From Lytechinus pictus (taxonomy: Eukaryota), in contig NC_087251.1 in NCBI RefSeq assembly GCF_037042905.1, positions 4,962,001-5,026,000 of the forward strand: a DNA stretch of 64,000 nucleotides, read 5' to 3'. This document shows, piece after piece, positions 26,696-39,772 of this stretch. Position numbers and translations under genes: made by a program. The notes under the pieces are model-generated. The model was not told where the DNA came from. It ran no database searches and saw only the letters and a program-made list of their open reading frames with translations. Every line of letters starts with the position of its first letter. The stretch's first letter is position 1.

Positions 26696-27577
26696 ATACG
26701 TGCTTATCTGCAGTAATTTACGTGAAGATCAGGGCCGTAGTAAACTACACATACTTTGTCTTCAAATAACCACGTTTATTTTTCGGTTTCCTGTAAAGTC
26801 AAAACGTGGCATGCAGCAAACAATTGGATTATACGTACATAATTATAAAATACATACAGTTATATCATTGTACATGATACAGAGGCATCTTTCTAACGAG
26901 ACAAAAAATTGAAATGCCAAGCGTTCATCCGCGCTGGACTACTTCGATAATTTCATGCATCCTTGGTCATTGGTGTTTTCTTAAAATGCATAAAATGCTT
27001 ACGAATATGAAAAAGTATGGGAGTAAGATAGTGACTGGTCAGATAAAGAGGACGTCTATATATATATATATTTATATATATTAATACTGAAATTGAAGAA
27101 TCTGGTGCCTACTTTGAATGGAATTTCTCCAAAAAAATGCAATACAAGAGGTATGTTTGAAAGTTACAAATTGGGGGTTGGACCAAGAGGACCCACTTCC
27201 CCCGCTGCATATACAGTCAGTCACCTTCTATATGAGTTTATTTTGTACCATAGTCATTATGTGACAGTAATTTAACCATGATGAATTCTTAGTATGCTTG
27301 TTTAATTCTTATGCATATTAGATATATGATTTATGGCCTAGTCCTATAATTGCATTTCAATTTAGTCTGATTCAAGGTATGTTTTTTTTATATAAGTCTC
27401 CTCCAAATGGGTGAATTATTGGTCAGGTGAAAAAGATTTTAAACTTTAAACATTTAATTATTTTTGAGAAACTAATAAAAAGAAGATGTTGAAAATCTTT
27501 AATGTGACGACACATGGGGAGACCAGAAATAAAAAAAATATAGAAACTTGAAATTATATCACATAATTTATTTTCAA

Positions 27578-27798
27578 CACTTAAAAAAGGTTTACTCAAT
27601 ATTAGGTAAAATGGGAACATGCATGTTTATTGGGTAAAAAGATACCAAATATCTTGTAAATTTTACACAATGTTGCGTAGAAATTTACCCTTTAAACATG
27701 CATTTTGCCCAATATTGAGGGAAGAACTTACACAGCATACATGCATGTTCCTTTTCTATCCAATATTGGGAGAATTTTTGCTCTCTGTTTTAAAAGTG
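27578..27798. mobile_element. CAC-terminated (EnSpm/CACTA-like) MITE, diverged
   Basis: Ends cacttaaaaa and ttttaaaagtg; inner inverted pair caatattaggtaaaatgggaacatgcatgt / acatgcatgttccttttctatccaatattg. Confidence 0.6.
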
Positions 27799-28093
27799 AA
27801 AAGATTCCGGGTAAAAATTATAATTCGGGTTTGAAAAAAGAAATACAATTAATCCCTTCATAATTTGATGTTCTTTAAAATTTGTAATATTCCTTTGAGA
27901 TACGAAATCGTTTATGTGAATAACCATCACTATTCTGTTATTGGGTCGAATGATTTTAAGTTACCTGTTATGATACACAAACACAAGCAAATGAATAATA
28001 TAAACTTTCTACACTGTCCGGTAAAAAAAACCGGTTGGCTTAAACCTCCTATGTTTGTTAATTTTTATTAAAGACTATTTTTATGTCGAGGAA

Positions 28094-28163
28094 GCCCGGA
28101 TGGTTTGGTTGGTAGAGCGCCATTCATACATGCCAGGGTCCCCAGTTCAAATATCGGTCGGAG
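28094..28163 (+). pseudogene. Degenerate tRNA-derived sequence (tRNA-Lys-like; SINE head or pseudo-tRNA)
   Basis: gcccggatggtttggttggtagagcg...agggtccccagttcaaatatcggtcggag has A-box-like and B-box-like motifs at tRNA spacing. The anticodon and T stems are broken. Confidence 0.5.
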
Positions 28164-28974
28164 ATGTGTAATTTTTTCACATTCTAGGGCATTCGTTCAT
28201 ATAAAACTATGAAATTATTCGTAATTCCATTAAACCAAAAGTTGGCAAGGTTTGTAGGTTTTTATCTTAATCAGTTCTTGTGATTATTAACCATTTCAAG
28301 TTAGTATACATGGCATATATGAAAGAATGTTGGGGGCTTCCTGTCTTTGTTTTTAATTTCATTGATCCTTGCTAACCCTTTATCTCGATATTCATACCAT
28401 GTTACATAATTTTATTTTTCAAATGAAAATAACGAAAAGGTTCCTCTAGTGGAATATACTTGAAACCTTCCCCCAAATTATTCCCGTTAACGTTTTTGGT
28501 ATTTTTGAATTGCCTTGAAGTGTTCCTCATAAACGATCGTCAAACAATCATTCAGCATGACCATCATGCGTAATATTTACATTCTTCGGATCCACAGAGA
28601 GCAATCTATATATTTGAGAATTATCTATATTCATCCTTTGGAGTGTGAATTGGCAAATGAACTCAGAATATCTAACTCTAAATAGAAACCAATCTGGTCC
28701 CCTTAATCTGTTCCTCTTCTATTTTCCTAATCAATACTACAATTTGAAAGAAGAGAATAAAATCACCTGGCTTCCAAGTAACCAACTTCTCTTTATGGAA
28801 TACGTGCGCTTATTGCCGATTTTCATCTCTCGCCTTTCTTTATTATTTTACAGTGATCGTATAGGCTTTACTTTTTTGGATTTTGGTTCTCAATTCGACA
28901 TTGATTGATGACGATCGGGCGATGTGGACAAACAGTATAAGGGGTGAAGAATAGTTGGAAATATATCATGATGA

Positions 28975-29115
28975 TGGGGAGAGAACGACAGAGAAAGAGA
29001 GAGGGGAATGGATTATAATGTAGATTAGTTGAAAAGAGAAGGGAGAGAGATAGAAAGAGAGAAAAGAAGAGAAAAAAAAGACACAGAGGGAAAGAAGAGA
29101 ACAATGGGGGATGAG
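28975..29115. repeat. GA-rich polypurine tract
   Basis: Read directly. Confidence 0.8.
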
Positions 29116-30060
29116 ACGCCTACGTAATTTTCAAACAATTTCAACAATGAACCTCACATATTATAATGATTTTTTTATTTGCTCTTTGAAACATTACATC
29201 TCCCTTCCTAAAAGAGCATTTGTAAAATCTGCAATTTAAAGAAATGTTATGTTTACAGATACAATTGGTTTATACCGAAAGATTACAATAAAAAATGCAA
29301 GTCATGTTCTTACTGAAATGTAATACCCTTATAAAATATCTCACTCTGGAACTCACGATAGTCAGTGAACAATATGATCGAAATCATTGAGATGGCACAT
29401 AATAATAATACTTCTTAATGTTGAATTCCTTTTGATTTTGAATTATTCAGATGATCGAATTAATTATTTGAAATAAAATTACTATCAAACTAAGCTCCCA
29501 CACAAGATAAAGATAATAAAAGAACACCAAATTTTAAAACTAAAACACATAAAACACAATTTATTTATTTACGAGTTAAAAATTCCTTAAAAGCCTCAGT
29601 TTGAAACAATTTTTTTTTCACGTCTCAAAGGTGGTTTAAAATATAAGCATACAGTTTTGGGGACCTATAATAATTATATTTCTTTTATGTGTTGTAGAAT
29701 TAAACAAATAATGAATTACAATAAGAGCGGTATATGTTACGAGAATCAAAGACCATAAAATTATTGTGCGGATTAGGATATCTTAGCTTCGGTTATATCA
29801 ATACAATATAAAAACACAAATTTATTACAATAAATTTGTTGCAAACAAGGTTAGCTTTAAATTCTATATAGTTTGACCATGAGAGTTAGAAGTCAAGAAG
29901 CTATAATTACACGAGCATATTTACACCAATAGCGGATAGAGTATCAGGTACATGATATGTTTTTCGTTTTGAATTCTTCCGACATAGAATTCAACATCTT
30001 AATACCTTCGATACATTTGCAGATGATATTAAAGAAAATCTGTGCCCCAAGCGAAGCAGG

Positions 30061-30380
30061 AAAATGACATTCAAACGAATATGGAATAGTTGTCGTAAAC
30101 AGTATCTTATCACAAGTCAGGTAAGACATGGAAACGGGCATTTGAAAGTAAATATGAATGATTACATCAAATACGTAAACATATACTGATAATAAATCTT
30201 TGTAATAGAGCCCACAATCAAATTGTTATCTCAATGCAGAACGCAATACAATTTCCTTGGTTCAAAACGAGTTTCCCCTGTAATTTAGAGAGGAATGAAA
30301 AAAAAAACACGAAAAATGACATTCGAAGGATAGGGAATAGTTGTCGTAAACAGCATCTCATCATAATTCACGTAATACGT
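30061..30380. repeat. Diverged direct duplication of about 68 bp
   Basis: aaaatgacattc...ggaatagttgtcgtaaacag...atc at 30061-30129 and 30313-30380, offset 252 bp. Confidence 0.8.
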
Positions 30381-33065
30381 TTATTCGGCTTGAAACATTT
30401 TTTTTTTTGGTAATTGCATCAAATGACTATAAGAATATAGATAATTAAAAAAAAATAGATACTTCAGAGTGCACACTAACAATAAAATGATAATAAATAA
30501 GTACTGCGTTTTTGGCGTATACATTCGCAAAATGATAATTACAAAAATAGACTGCGTTATATATAACTTCATAATGTTTGCATCATAAGAATAAAGCAAA
30601 GAACAGACTGACGAAATTAGAAGAAAAAAAATCAGATTTAAAGAACTAACATTAAAATTAAATAGAGAAGATATTGATTTTGTTTATTTATGTATATAGT
30701 GTAAGCTACAAATACTTTGGACACCATTCTCTTTATTCTGGGAAAACTCAATGATGTTAATTATTGCTAAAAGTAACATGTAATCATGTTACTTTTTACC
30801 ATTTTATTCTCTCTGTTTTTGTTTCTATATGTAAATTCACCATACTAACAATGAACGCAAAGATGATTAGTTTCGAGAATAATAAATTCAAATAAATATA
30901 ATCATTTTACAAGACGTGAAAATTTTATATGTTAGTTTGAGTACATTGTCAAATGGAAATACAATTCATAACAAGATCATTATACACATCTATTTGCTTG
31001 ATATTTACTGCATGATATACGCTACCGATCGTGAACATGATAATGATTAAATTACAATTTATTAAGTTTACAAATTAAGGCGAAAATGGTGCTTATTTCT
31101 TTTATCGGAAAATTATATTGTATAATATTTAAATTGGTTATCCCCCCTTAAAAAATACGAAATAAAAAATAATTGGTGTTCATTTCAGTCGGAAGCCTAC
31201 ACCCATTCACTGGTATTAGTTTTGTGTCACAAACGTTTTGAATACTGTCTACTGAATATTCATTTATTTTATGATTAAAATGGGAAAAAAATATATCCAC
31301 GTTTTTAGTATAAACTGCCATGATGTATACTGCTTTACCATTAATGGTGAGCAAAATCAAGACATAGTTAAATGTGAAAACATAACAAGACGGGATAAGA
31401 TAATAATGGTCACTCAATGTGTGTGAGAGCGAGTGTATATGAGTGTCTTTTACTGCTCGTTTTCTGGTCCATATATATTTTTAGTTTGAAATCTTAATAA
31501 AAAATATACGATACACTTCATATGAATTCAGCAGATTGTATTTCCTATTTCATCTTCTTAATGAAGGATTCTTTTTTTCAATCAAACGTTCTGACACATA
31601 CACAAAGCACCGCGGAGAGCTCATACCGGTGTGTAACCTTGACTGCCAGCCGAAACGCCGGCGTGGGGGTTGTATGAGTTACCGGATTATTCATCACTCC
31701 AACTCGCATGAAACCACAGAATTCATTGTCATGATTGCAGACAACCTTTGAAATAAACCAAAGCTTATTAATAGCTAGTAAATTAAAATGTTTAATGATG
31801 CCCTATTGATTCGTCAATCAAGAGAGATTTATCATTTTTATTCTTAAATATATACAAAGAAAATATCACATATTTTGTATCATTTTTTATCTGGTTATTT
31901 TATCTGCGGTTAAGTATGTTGCACCTATTACAACTTTTTTCCACTTTCAATGTTCATTTCACCGGAATGTGCCATTGTTTTTACCTCTTCAAGTATGTGA
32001 ATTAATGCACTCCAAAATTATTTAACGAGCGATCTTATTGATGAGTAAACATGTCTACGAAATGAGTGGAAATCTGTATTCATTTATACTGGCCAAAGGT
32101 CAGGTTTTACGGGACGTCGGGTTCCTTCCAAGCCAGAGTTCTTGGCCGATGACTCGCTCGTGATTCGCCGATGATAGAAACATTCGGTTAATATTTGCTC
32201 GAAAAACGCTTTGTGCCCTTAACGCACATTTTTTAAATTCATTTCTTAGAATGGTATAAAATAAGAATATAAATATTCTCTATATACGGGTTTCTGTTAT
32301 TATTCTTTAAAAACCAGGTCTAAATGAATCCAGATGCAAAACGAAAAACCAATTTCATCACGTAAGACCTGATAATGTGTTATTCAAAATGAGTTCCAAA
32401 AATATATATGTCATCGGAATAATAAAGCAAGCTTCTAAATTAAAAGTAGAACTACATTTCATTTTCGGGGGCCTTTGAGATCTTATAAGCATAGTTTTTT
32501 TTTGACGGATGATACATTCTGTCATTTTTTCCGTATCCAATTCTTACATAAACATTTAATATCAAAGTTCAAATAAATATCGCAAACTTTTATGCACATA
32601 AGTCAACATGCCGACAGAATATATTTATTTCATTGGTGTTTCCCAATAAAATAGCATGCAAATTTAATGTCAACATTTTCTGTTTAAATATTTGTCCCTT
32701 TCTCCCAAATGGAGCCCACATTTATATTATTATCATGGCAAGATGTTATTTAAATACCGATAAAAAAATATTATACTCTAGATATCCTGGCTTTAACACT
32801 TTACTTTTAATGTAATTAAAAAATGTCGTATTTCTAACTCTATAGTAAATGAAAATGTTCGTATGTTTTGATATTAAATGCAGTCTTTGGTTCGTCTCTT
32901 AACTTAAATCCAAGAAACGTATGGAAAAAATATAACGGTCTGATGAATTGTTTCAAGAAATTTGAAAATGATTTTTTTGTTAACCTCAAACGGAATCATT
33001 TACTTTGTTGAGCTAATTATTATTGTATTTATTATACAGTTTTTATATAAGTATATATAAGTATA

Positions 33066-33242
33066 AGTTCGATTCCCGGCAGAGACATTTTTTCGGCATC
33101 ACCAATTTTTCCAAAAGGGTAGATAGCTCTGGGGAACCTTGATTTAAGCTACGCCTACCATTGTTCTCTTCATCCATTTCTTTCACACAATATTTAAATA
33201 AAAGAGTTGCCAAAGCTGTAGTACATGTATAACTTCACACAT
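33066..33242 (+). mobile_element. Possible truncated tRNA-SINE within TA-rich repeats
   Basis: Begins with B-box-like gttcgattccc; TA-rich repeat on the left and (TA)n at 33243-33266 on the right. Confidence 0.4.
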
Positions 33243-36200
33243 TTATATATATATATATATATATATCTTATTTCATTATTATATCATCGATAGGTATTAT
33301 AATGTTTGTTTTAACAGTATGAATTTTACTGTATAGGTCTAATTGTGCATAGATATAAGAATAATTTCTTTATATTCATTTCACATTTCAATTTTTATGA
33401 CGATATGCGAGAGACTTGGAGGTAAAAAAATACAAATAACATTAAATTCAGTAACCAAAATATTGCATTGAATTTATATAATTCGCGTATAGTGCGAACA
33501 AAATGTGTACTATGCCGATAACAAGAAAATAAATTTATATTCTTTGTGCTTAACATATCGATCATGCTCAATAATTTATGAGTTTTCAATGTATTCATAT
33601 ATTAATTTGTAAAGTTATGATATTTCATTTGATATATTTGATATATATTTTATTTTGTATATGAATTGATCAGAAGTTGTTAGCAAATTAAAACTTCTTA
33701 ATATAAAAAAATGCTAATTTTGATAACAGAGGCATAAAAAGTCAGATTCTGAATATGTTTATGAATTTCATCTCTTTATGTAATATAAAACTAATCAAAT
33801 CGGAGGTAATTATATTTTCGTTGATTTAATTCTGATCATGGTTCTTTCTGTATTACATTTGGACACATTCGATGAAATTTTATTTTCAAGTCGCGTCGCG
33901 TCATCTTTCCGCTTTCCGCCGATGTTAAACAAGTCAGATACACGACTGACAGAATATAACACTTCGAGATTTGAATCTAATATCTCTGCTTTCTATCTTG
34001 TTTCTTTCTTGTTACTATCCCAACTAGACCAAAAGCGATCGATTTTGCGATCAGTCAGTCGATTGCAGCCCCCAGGCCTGAGTCTTGTGGGGTAAGATGT
34101 TTCAAGAGAAGAAATTCAGTAGCACGATAAAAACAAGGACATGAAGAAGGTTCTCCAATTCTTGGAGTGGGCGCCATTTTGAAGATCGTGCTGTGCAGAC
34201 GGAAAAACCACGAAACTTTGCCGGTTTCATTCTATGTCAATCAATACTAAGCGACCTTGGTGAAATCTGCTACCATTTCATTTCATCAATAAAAAAAATG
34301 ATCATCTTCACTTTCTCTCAAAGGCGCCTATAAGCATCTTTCTCCGACATGCCTTTATCAACCCCTTTCTCTCTCTTTTTCTGAGTGCGAAGGAGGTAGA
34401 AAGGGAAAGTGAGAAAGTCTCTCAATTCCCTGGTTATAATTATGAATACAAAAGCATATTATGATCGCAACACACGATTTTAAGATGACCTACTTTTGAG
34501 GACTTGTAGATAAAGAAAAAAAATATTTGCGACCCGGCAAACTTATTTCATCTTAGTTTCTCTTGTCAGAAAGATCACTTCATAATTCTTCCTCTGATTT
34601 ACGGGTACCTTGTTCATCAGCTCTCTGGAGAGAAGGTGGATTAGTTCTCCCTTTTTTGGCTCACCAGACGATATGAAAGTCAGCGACAGACCGCCACCAA
34701 GCAACCGACAGGGGAAGCAGTTTGAAATCGGTCCAAAAACCAGAAAGGATTGAAGCTTGCTTGTTTTTCAACAGGCTTCAGCGCTTCGTAAAAGGAGAAT
34801 TTCGTGGACGATTTCAGCTCAATGGATCCTATTTAGCTTAAGAAAACACCATGGATGGGCTGTTGACTTTGCAGATAATCAATAAACATGGTTTCCAATT
34901 TTATGGAAAATACTACAGCCGACCTGATAATCTATTGATGATAGAACAGAATATATTTGAGATGAAGATAAAATACAAAACAACAACAACAACAATCATG
35001 GCTGTATGCAGCTTGATGTTGTAATTCTGACAAATATTTTGCCTTCTTCTCATTTTACACCAGAGACTGTAATATACAGGTGAACATTCCTAATATTTTT
35101 GTATGAGCTTCTGAAAGCCAGTGTATAGTGTTGATCAGTTAATAAAGTAACAAAAAAAAAACCTAGACCCGCAATACAACTATTTTCACCAAATTACTTT
35201 CAGGAATTATGGCGCGCCCCTTTTCCTCCTCGACTCTAATTTCGTCTCCCTTTTTCCCGCCAATACGTTCATTGTCATTCTAGCTGGTCGTCTGCTATGT
35301 CGTCGTATGGTCACGTATATCGGATGTAGGTCCGTCTCGCTCAAGTCTCTCTCTGTTCCGACCCCAAACCATATCACACTCGATGCTTTTACTATAGGGG
35401 ATTCTCTCACATGGATCCCACGTCTCATCTTCCTGCTCCCCTTCCCTTTTATGGCTACCCTCATCTCAAACCCTGCCCCAAAATCCGTGAACGTTCCTTT
35501 CAAAAGTTTCTGAAGATCAAAATGGCCACTGTTATCGATAATACTGAATGTCTGAAGGATTCAAACCTGACCGGTGTTAAGAATTTTAGGCAAGATTTGT
35601 CGCTACGACAGAAATGTATATAGAAGCAGTGCTTTATAAGAAATGAATGCAAGACTTACCGGTTTATGATATGGTCACTTAGATGGATAGCAAATGGAGC
35701 ATGTGGAACTGGTGACAGAACAGCAGTGTAATGGCGATTTTCAACCTTCCTTTTTCTCTTTTCTTTGCTGATTCTTTTTTCTCTCTCCACTTCGGTTATA
35801 AATTCGTCTGACAGCCTCCAAAAGGAGATGTAGAGAGAAGCAAAGGATTGTGTACAGAGTCGCTATGCATACAGTCAACTACGTTGTTCTGTTTGCTCTT
35901 ACCTACGACAAGTCTACCAGACAAGTTTGTCCTCCCTCCATCCATTTTCATCCTCACATTATTTCTTTCAAAATATTCAAAATTGAAAGAAGACATGACA
36001 ATGATATAATGTCCATCTCATGCCCATGTATCTGGCCTGAACTACAAGGACAGCACCTCTCTTTCGCGAAATTGACTTGCCTTTATGGATGACGAAAAAT
36101 GAGCGAATGTTACGAAAGTTTTTGGCGGTCATATTTTAGGCTGAAACCCAAACCGGCCATTTTCTCTGGTTCTATTTGTCAGCAAACCATTGCGCCATTA

Positions 36201-37431
36201 CGTTTCCTTTCAAGAAGCACGGCAAACCATCATACAAGGTTTGCTCCTGTTAGCTTTATAGCCCAAACCCCTTTCTCTATCTCTCACCCTTTCTCTTTCT
36301 CTCTTCACCGAATATTCGTTTGCTTAATTTTTCCCAGTTTATCTGGAACAAACATCCAAAACCATTCAATTACTCGACCCCAATTATTACAAGAGCAACA
36401 GTCTGCCATCTTGTAAGAAATGGATGACAAATATTCAAGGAGACCAACCAATAGAAACAAACAAGCAATTTCACTCATTTAGCATTATTTACGCAAATTA
36501 TTTAATTCTTACAAAATAAAGTACATAAATACAGAATAGTTTAGTTACATAGGTTTTGCCATAATCATGATAATGTACAAAATGTAAGTTGTCTGATTAA
36601 ATTAATCTCATAATTTAACCAGGATATCTCACAATTAAATCATTACTACCATGACTTTGAAATGAATTAAAAAACATCTTAGCTAACCAACGAAACATTC
36701 GCTAATGTATGCCTGCGATTCGTGAATCCTTGATGATAAATATTCAAAGGGATGACCAAAGAGACACATTTCATCTGAATAGGCAGAGGTTGTTTGTTGC
36801 CATGATGTAATAATTTTTTTTTCTTAAAATGTAAACTCAAATTTGAACAATAAGCTATAAAGAACTTTCCTCGATATATATTTGTCTTTTTTAATCCTGG
36901 AATGATTCATTTTTATATGGAGCAAATATTATGTAGTGATAAGGTTATCTTTTAAATATCGAAGTCAAATTGATGATAATGTGAAGACTTTTAAATAATA
37001 CTTCATTAATATGCCATATACTTTTCCAAATAACTTTACAAAGAACAAAATATTTCAAAAAGTTTGACGACCAAGAAAAAAAATACAGGAGAAAAAAGAG
37101 TGAAATTCTGATTATTTCAAAATCTATCTTAAAAGTTGAATTACTTTTTAACTTAAGAAGGTCAAAATTTGTGCTCGCTCGTTTCGCTTGCACGCATCTT
37201 TTTAGAACGTTTGCTCCAACTGCTGTATCTGAAAAAAAAATACTTCCCTATAATACGTCGTCATTTTTTTTTCAGTTAATTATTATAGAATAATAACGTT
37301 AACTAAAACATTTCCTAAAACAATTGATGTGCAACCATCACACAAAATAACGACCACATTATATCGAAATGTTAAGCTAGTGGAAAATAAAAAAGTGGAG
37401 CATTTACATACGTTTCCGTGATTGTATTTAA

Positions 37432-38030
37432 AGGTCAAGTCCACCCCCAGAAAATTGTTGATTTGAATCGATAGAGAAAAATCAAACAAACATAAACGCT
37501 GCAAATTTCATCGAAATTGGATGTAAAATAAGAAAGTTATGACATTTTTAAGTTTCACTTATTTTTCACAAAACAGTTAAATGCACAACTCAGCGATACG
37601 CAAATGAGAGGAGTCGATGATGTCCATCACTCACTATTTCTTTTGTTTTTTATTGTTTGAATAATACAATATTTCCATTTTTACAAATTTGACAATAAGG
37701 ACCAACTTAACTTAACCATAAACTGTTAAAAATAATGGTAATTCCACATGTTCAGGGAGAAATAAAACTTTGTTTCACTTGACAAGGAGGAGAAAATGAG
37801 AATATTTCATATAATAAAATACAAAGGAAATAGTGAGTGGGTGACGTCACAGTCTTCCAATTTGCATACCAGCCAGGATGTGCGTATAACTGTTTTGTGA
37901 AATTAAGCGAAACTTTAAAATGTCACAATTTTCTTATTTTACATCCGATTTTGATGAAATTTTCAATGTTTTGCTTGTTGGATTCTTCTCCTTTTTTTCA
38001 AATCAACCTTTTGTTGGGTGGACTTGTCCT
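37432..38030 (+). mobile_element. Intact TTAA-AGG (Kolobok/T2-type) MITE, 599 bp
   Basis: TTAA on both sides (37428-37431 and 38031-38034). TIRs aggtcaagtccaccc / gggtggacttgtcct extend into long imperfect inverted arms. A second copy lies at 50676-51253. Confidence 0.9.
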
Positions 38031-38214
38031 TTAATATCAACCGAATTGATATAATTCAAAGTGCAAGGGGTTATGATATACCCATGAACTAGATAAAATT
38101 CTTCTTTTTATGCCCATTCATAGCTAAATCTATAAGTGAACATTCACTCAAGCAATTTACATTGATGTTGGGCTACATACTGTATATACATACACAACAA
38201 TTGCTTGAAACTTA

Positions 38215-38354
38215 TCAAATTCTGGGTAGTTTTAAACCAATAATGTGTTCTTTGGGTGAAAAATACACAGTATTGGTTGAAAACTACCTAGAGTTGGATA
38301 CATTTTAATAAATTGTTTTGTGGACAGTATGTTGCCCAACGTTTTAAGAGTGTA
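38215..38354. mobile_element. Fragment of a CAC-terminated MITE
   Basis: Ends cccaacgttttaagagtg-ta; ttgggt-rich subrepeats resemble 51936-52201. Confidence 0.4.
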
Positions 38355-39606
38355 TAAAGCAAATGTTGTGGGGCTTCAACATTAATTGTTTCATATGATT
38401 TGAATTACATGGTAATGAATCGAATTAAGGGACTTTTTTTTTCTTCAAATTCGTCATTCGTCTGTATTTTTCCTCTCAATTGCACTATTCTCTGTCAATA
38501 TTTACTTAATTACTGCGTCTTCTATTTCACCTATATTTGGTAATAAATCAACCTGGGTCTCAAAGTTCATTTTTATCATGCTTTATGAATTAAGAATATT
38601 TTCACACAACGCTTTTTCGGTTGAAATAATTTTCTGATATCTTTTTCATTTATAATTTTCCATTGGTTTTGACATTCATTACTTTCACCATATTTCTTTC
38701 ACCACCAGATCCTTCGCTCACTTCTCTCTACTCTGTATACTACACAATGCTCCATTTTTTGTATTATTCACACCCAACCTCGAAATGAATGTTATTTGTC
38801 ATTCAAACTCAGTCCCTCTATTCTCTTTCTTTCCACTCCATGTCTATCTCCCCCTCTCTCTCTCTCTCTGCCTATGTCTTCTTACTTTAAGATAAAAAGC
38901 AGTAAAAGCCTGATTCTTTTCATACCGTAGCCTGCTTGATATGCATCGCCCAAGCTGCCCGGTCCGTAATGTAAATTTGCTCAGTTCTACCGGGCTTGAT
39001 AGCAGCCACCACGTTAAAGTGCCACTCAGAAACATTTCACAAGGAAATGAGACAAGGTCTGGTCTTACAAAGGACCTTCAGAACCACCCTTCTTTATTCC
39101 GTTTCTTTCCCTCTCATCAAACTCCCACCTGACAAGAAAGTTCAACTCACCTATTCATCAGTGCACCTCCCTAAAAAAGAGAAGATCCCTGATTTTCAAG
39201 TTCAGCGTCGATAAAGAGGAAAATGGTTCGAGTGACAAGGAGGGGGGGGGGGTGGGTTTAGCTAGATTTGAAGGTCATATGTCAGAGTGCTACTTTAAAG
39301 AAGCGAGTCTATGGTCTTTGAATCCGGTTGGAGGCATGTCATTCAAGGCATAACACAATTAGCGTAGCAAGGGGAGTAAACATAGAACATGAATGAATAT
39401 TATATATGTGTGTTATTATTGCACGGAGATAACCAGTGAAAACATTGCCGTCTTCTCTACGACAATGTTCGAATAAAAGGACATCAAATTATGATGCTAT
39501 GCGAGAGGAGCAAATCAACTATTATATCTGCATGAAATGAGTGATATAATTTGAATGCGACTTTCTAAAATTAAATTCGTTTTAAGATTTACTATGTCAA
39601 TTAGTA

Positions 39607-39772
39607 CATTCTAAGTAATGAAGTGCTAATTTAGCACTTAATGTCCTTGTATAGTGACTGCACTTTGAGTGCTGATTTTGTAGTTCAAATTTGAATACCT
39701 AAATCAGCACTCAAAGTGCAGTCACTATACAAGGACATTAAGTGTTAATTTAGCACTTCATTTTTTAGAGTG
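39607..39772. mobile_element. Fully palindromic CAC-type MITE (fold-back), TA flanks
   Basis: Arms of about 83 bp with a 44-bp perfectly complementary core and a self-complementary centre ttcaaatttgaa. TA at 39605-39606 and 39773-39774. Confidence 0.9.

Noticed and set aside
38951..38998. agctgcccggt, resembling the 5' part of miR-22 family microRNAs
   Set aside because: The match is only about 11 nt and neither flank forms a proper pre-miRNA hairpin.
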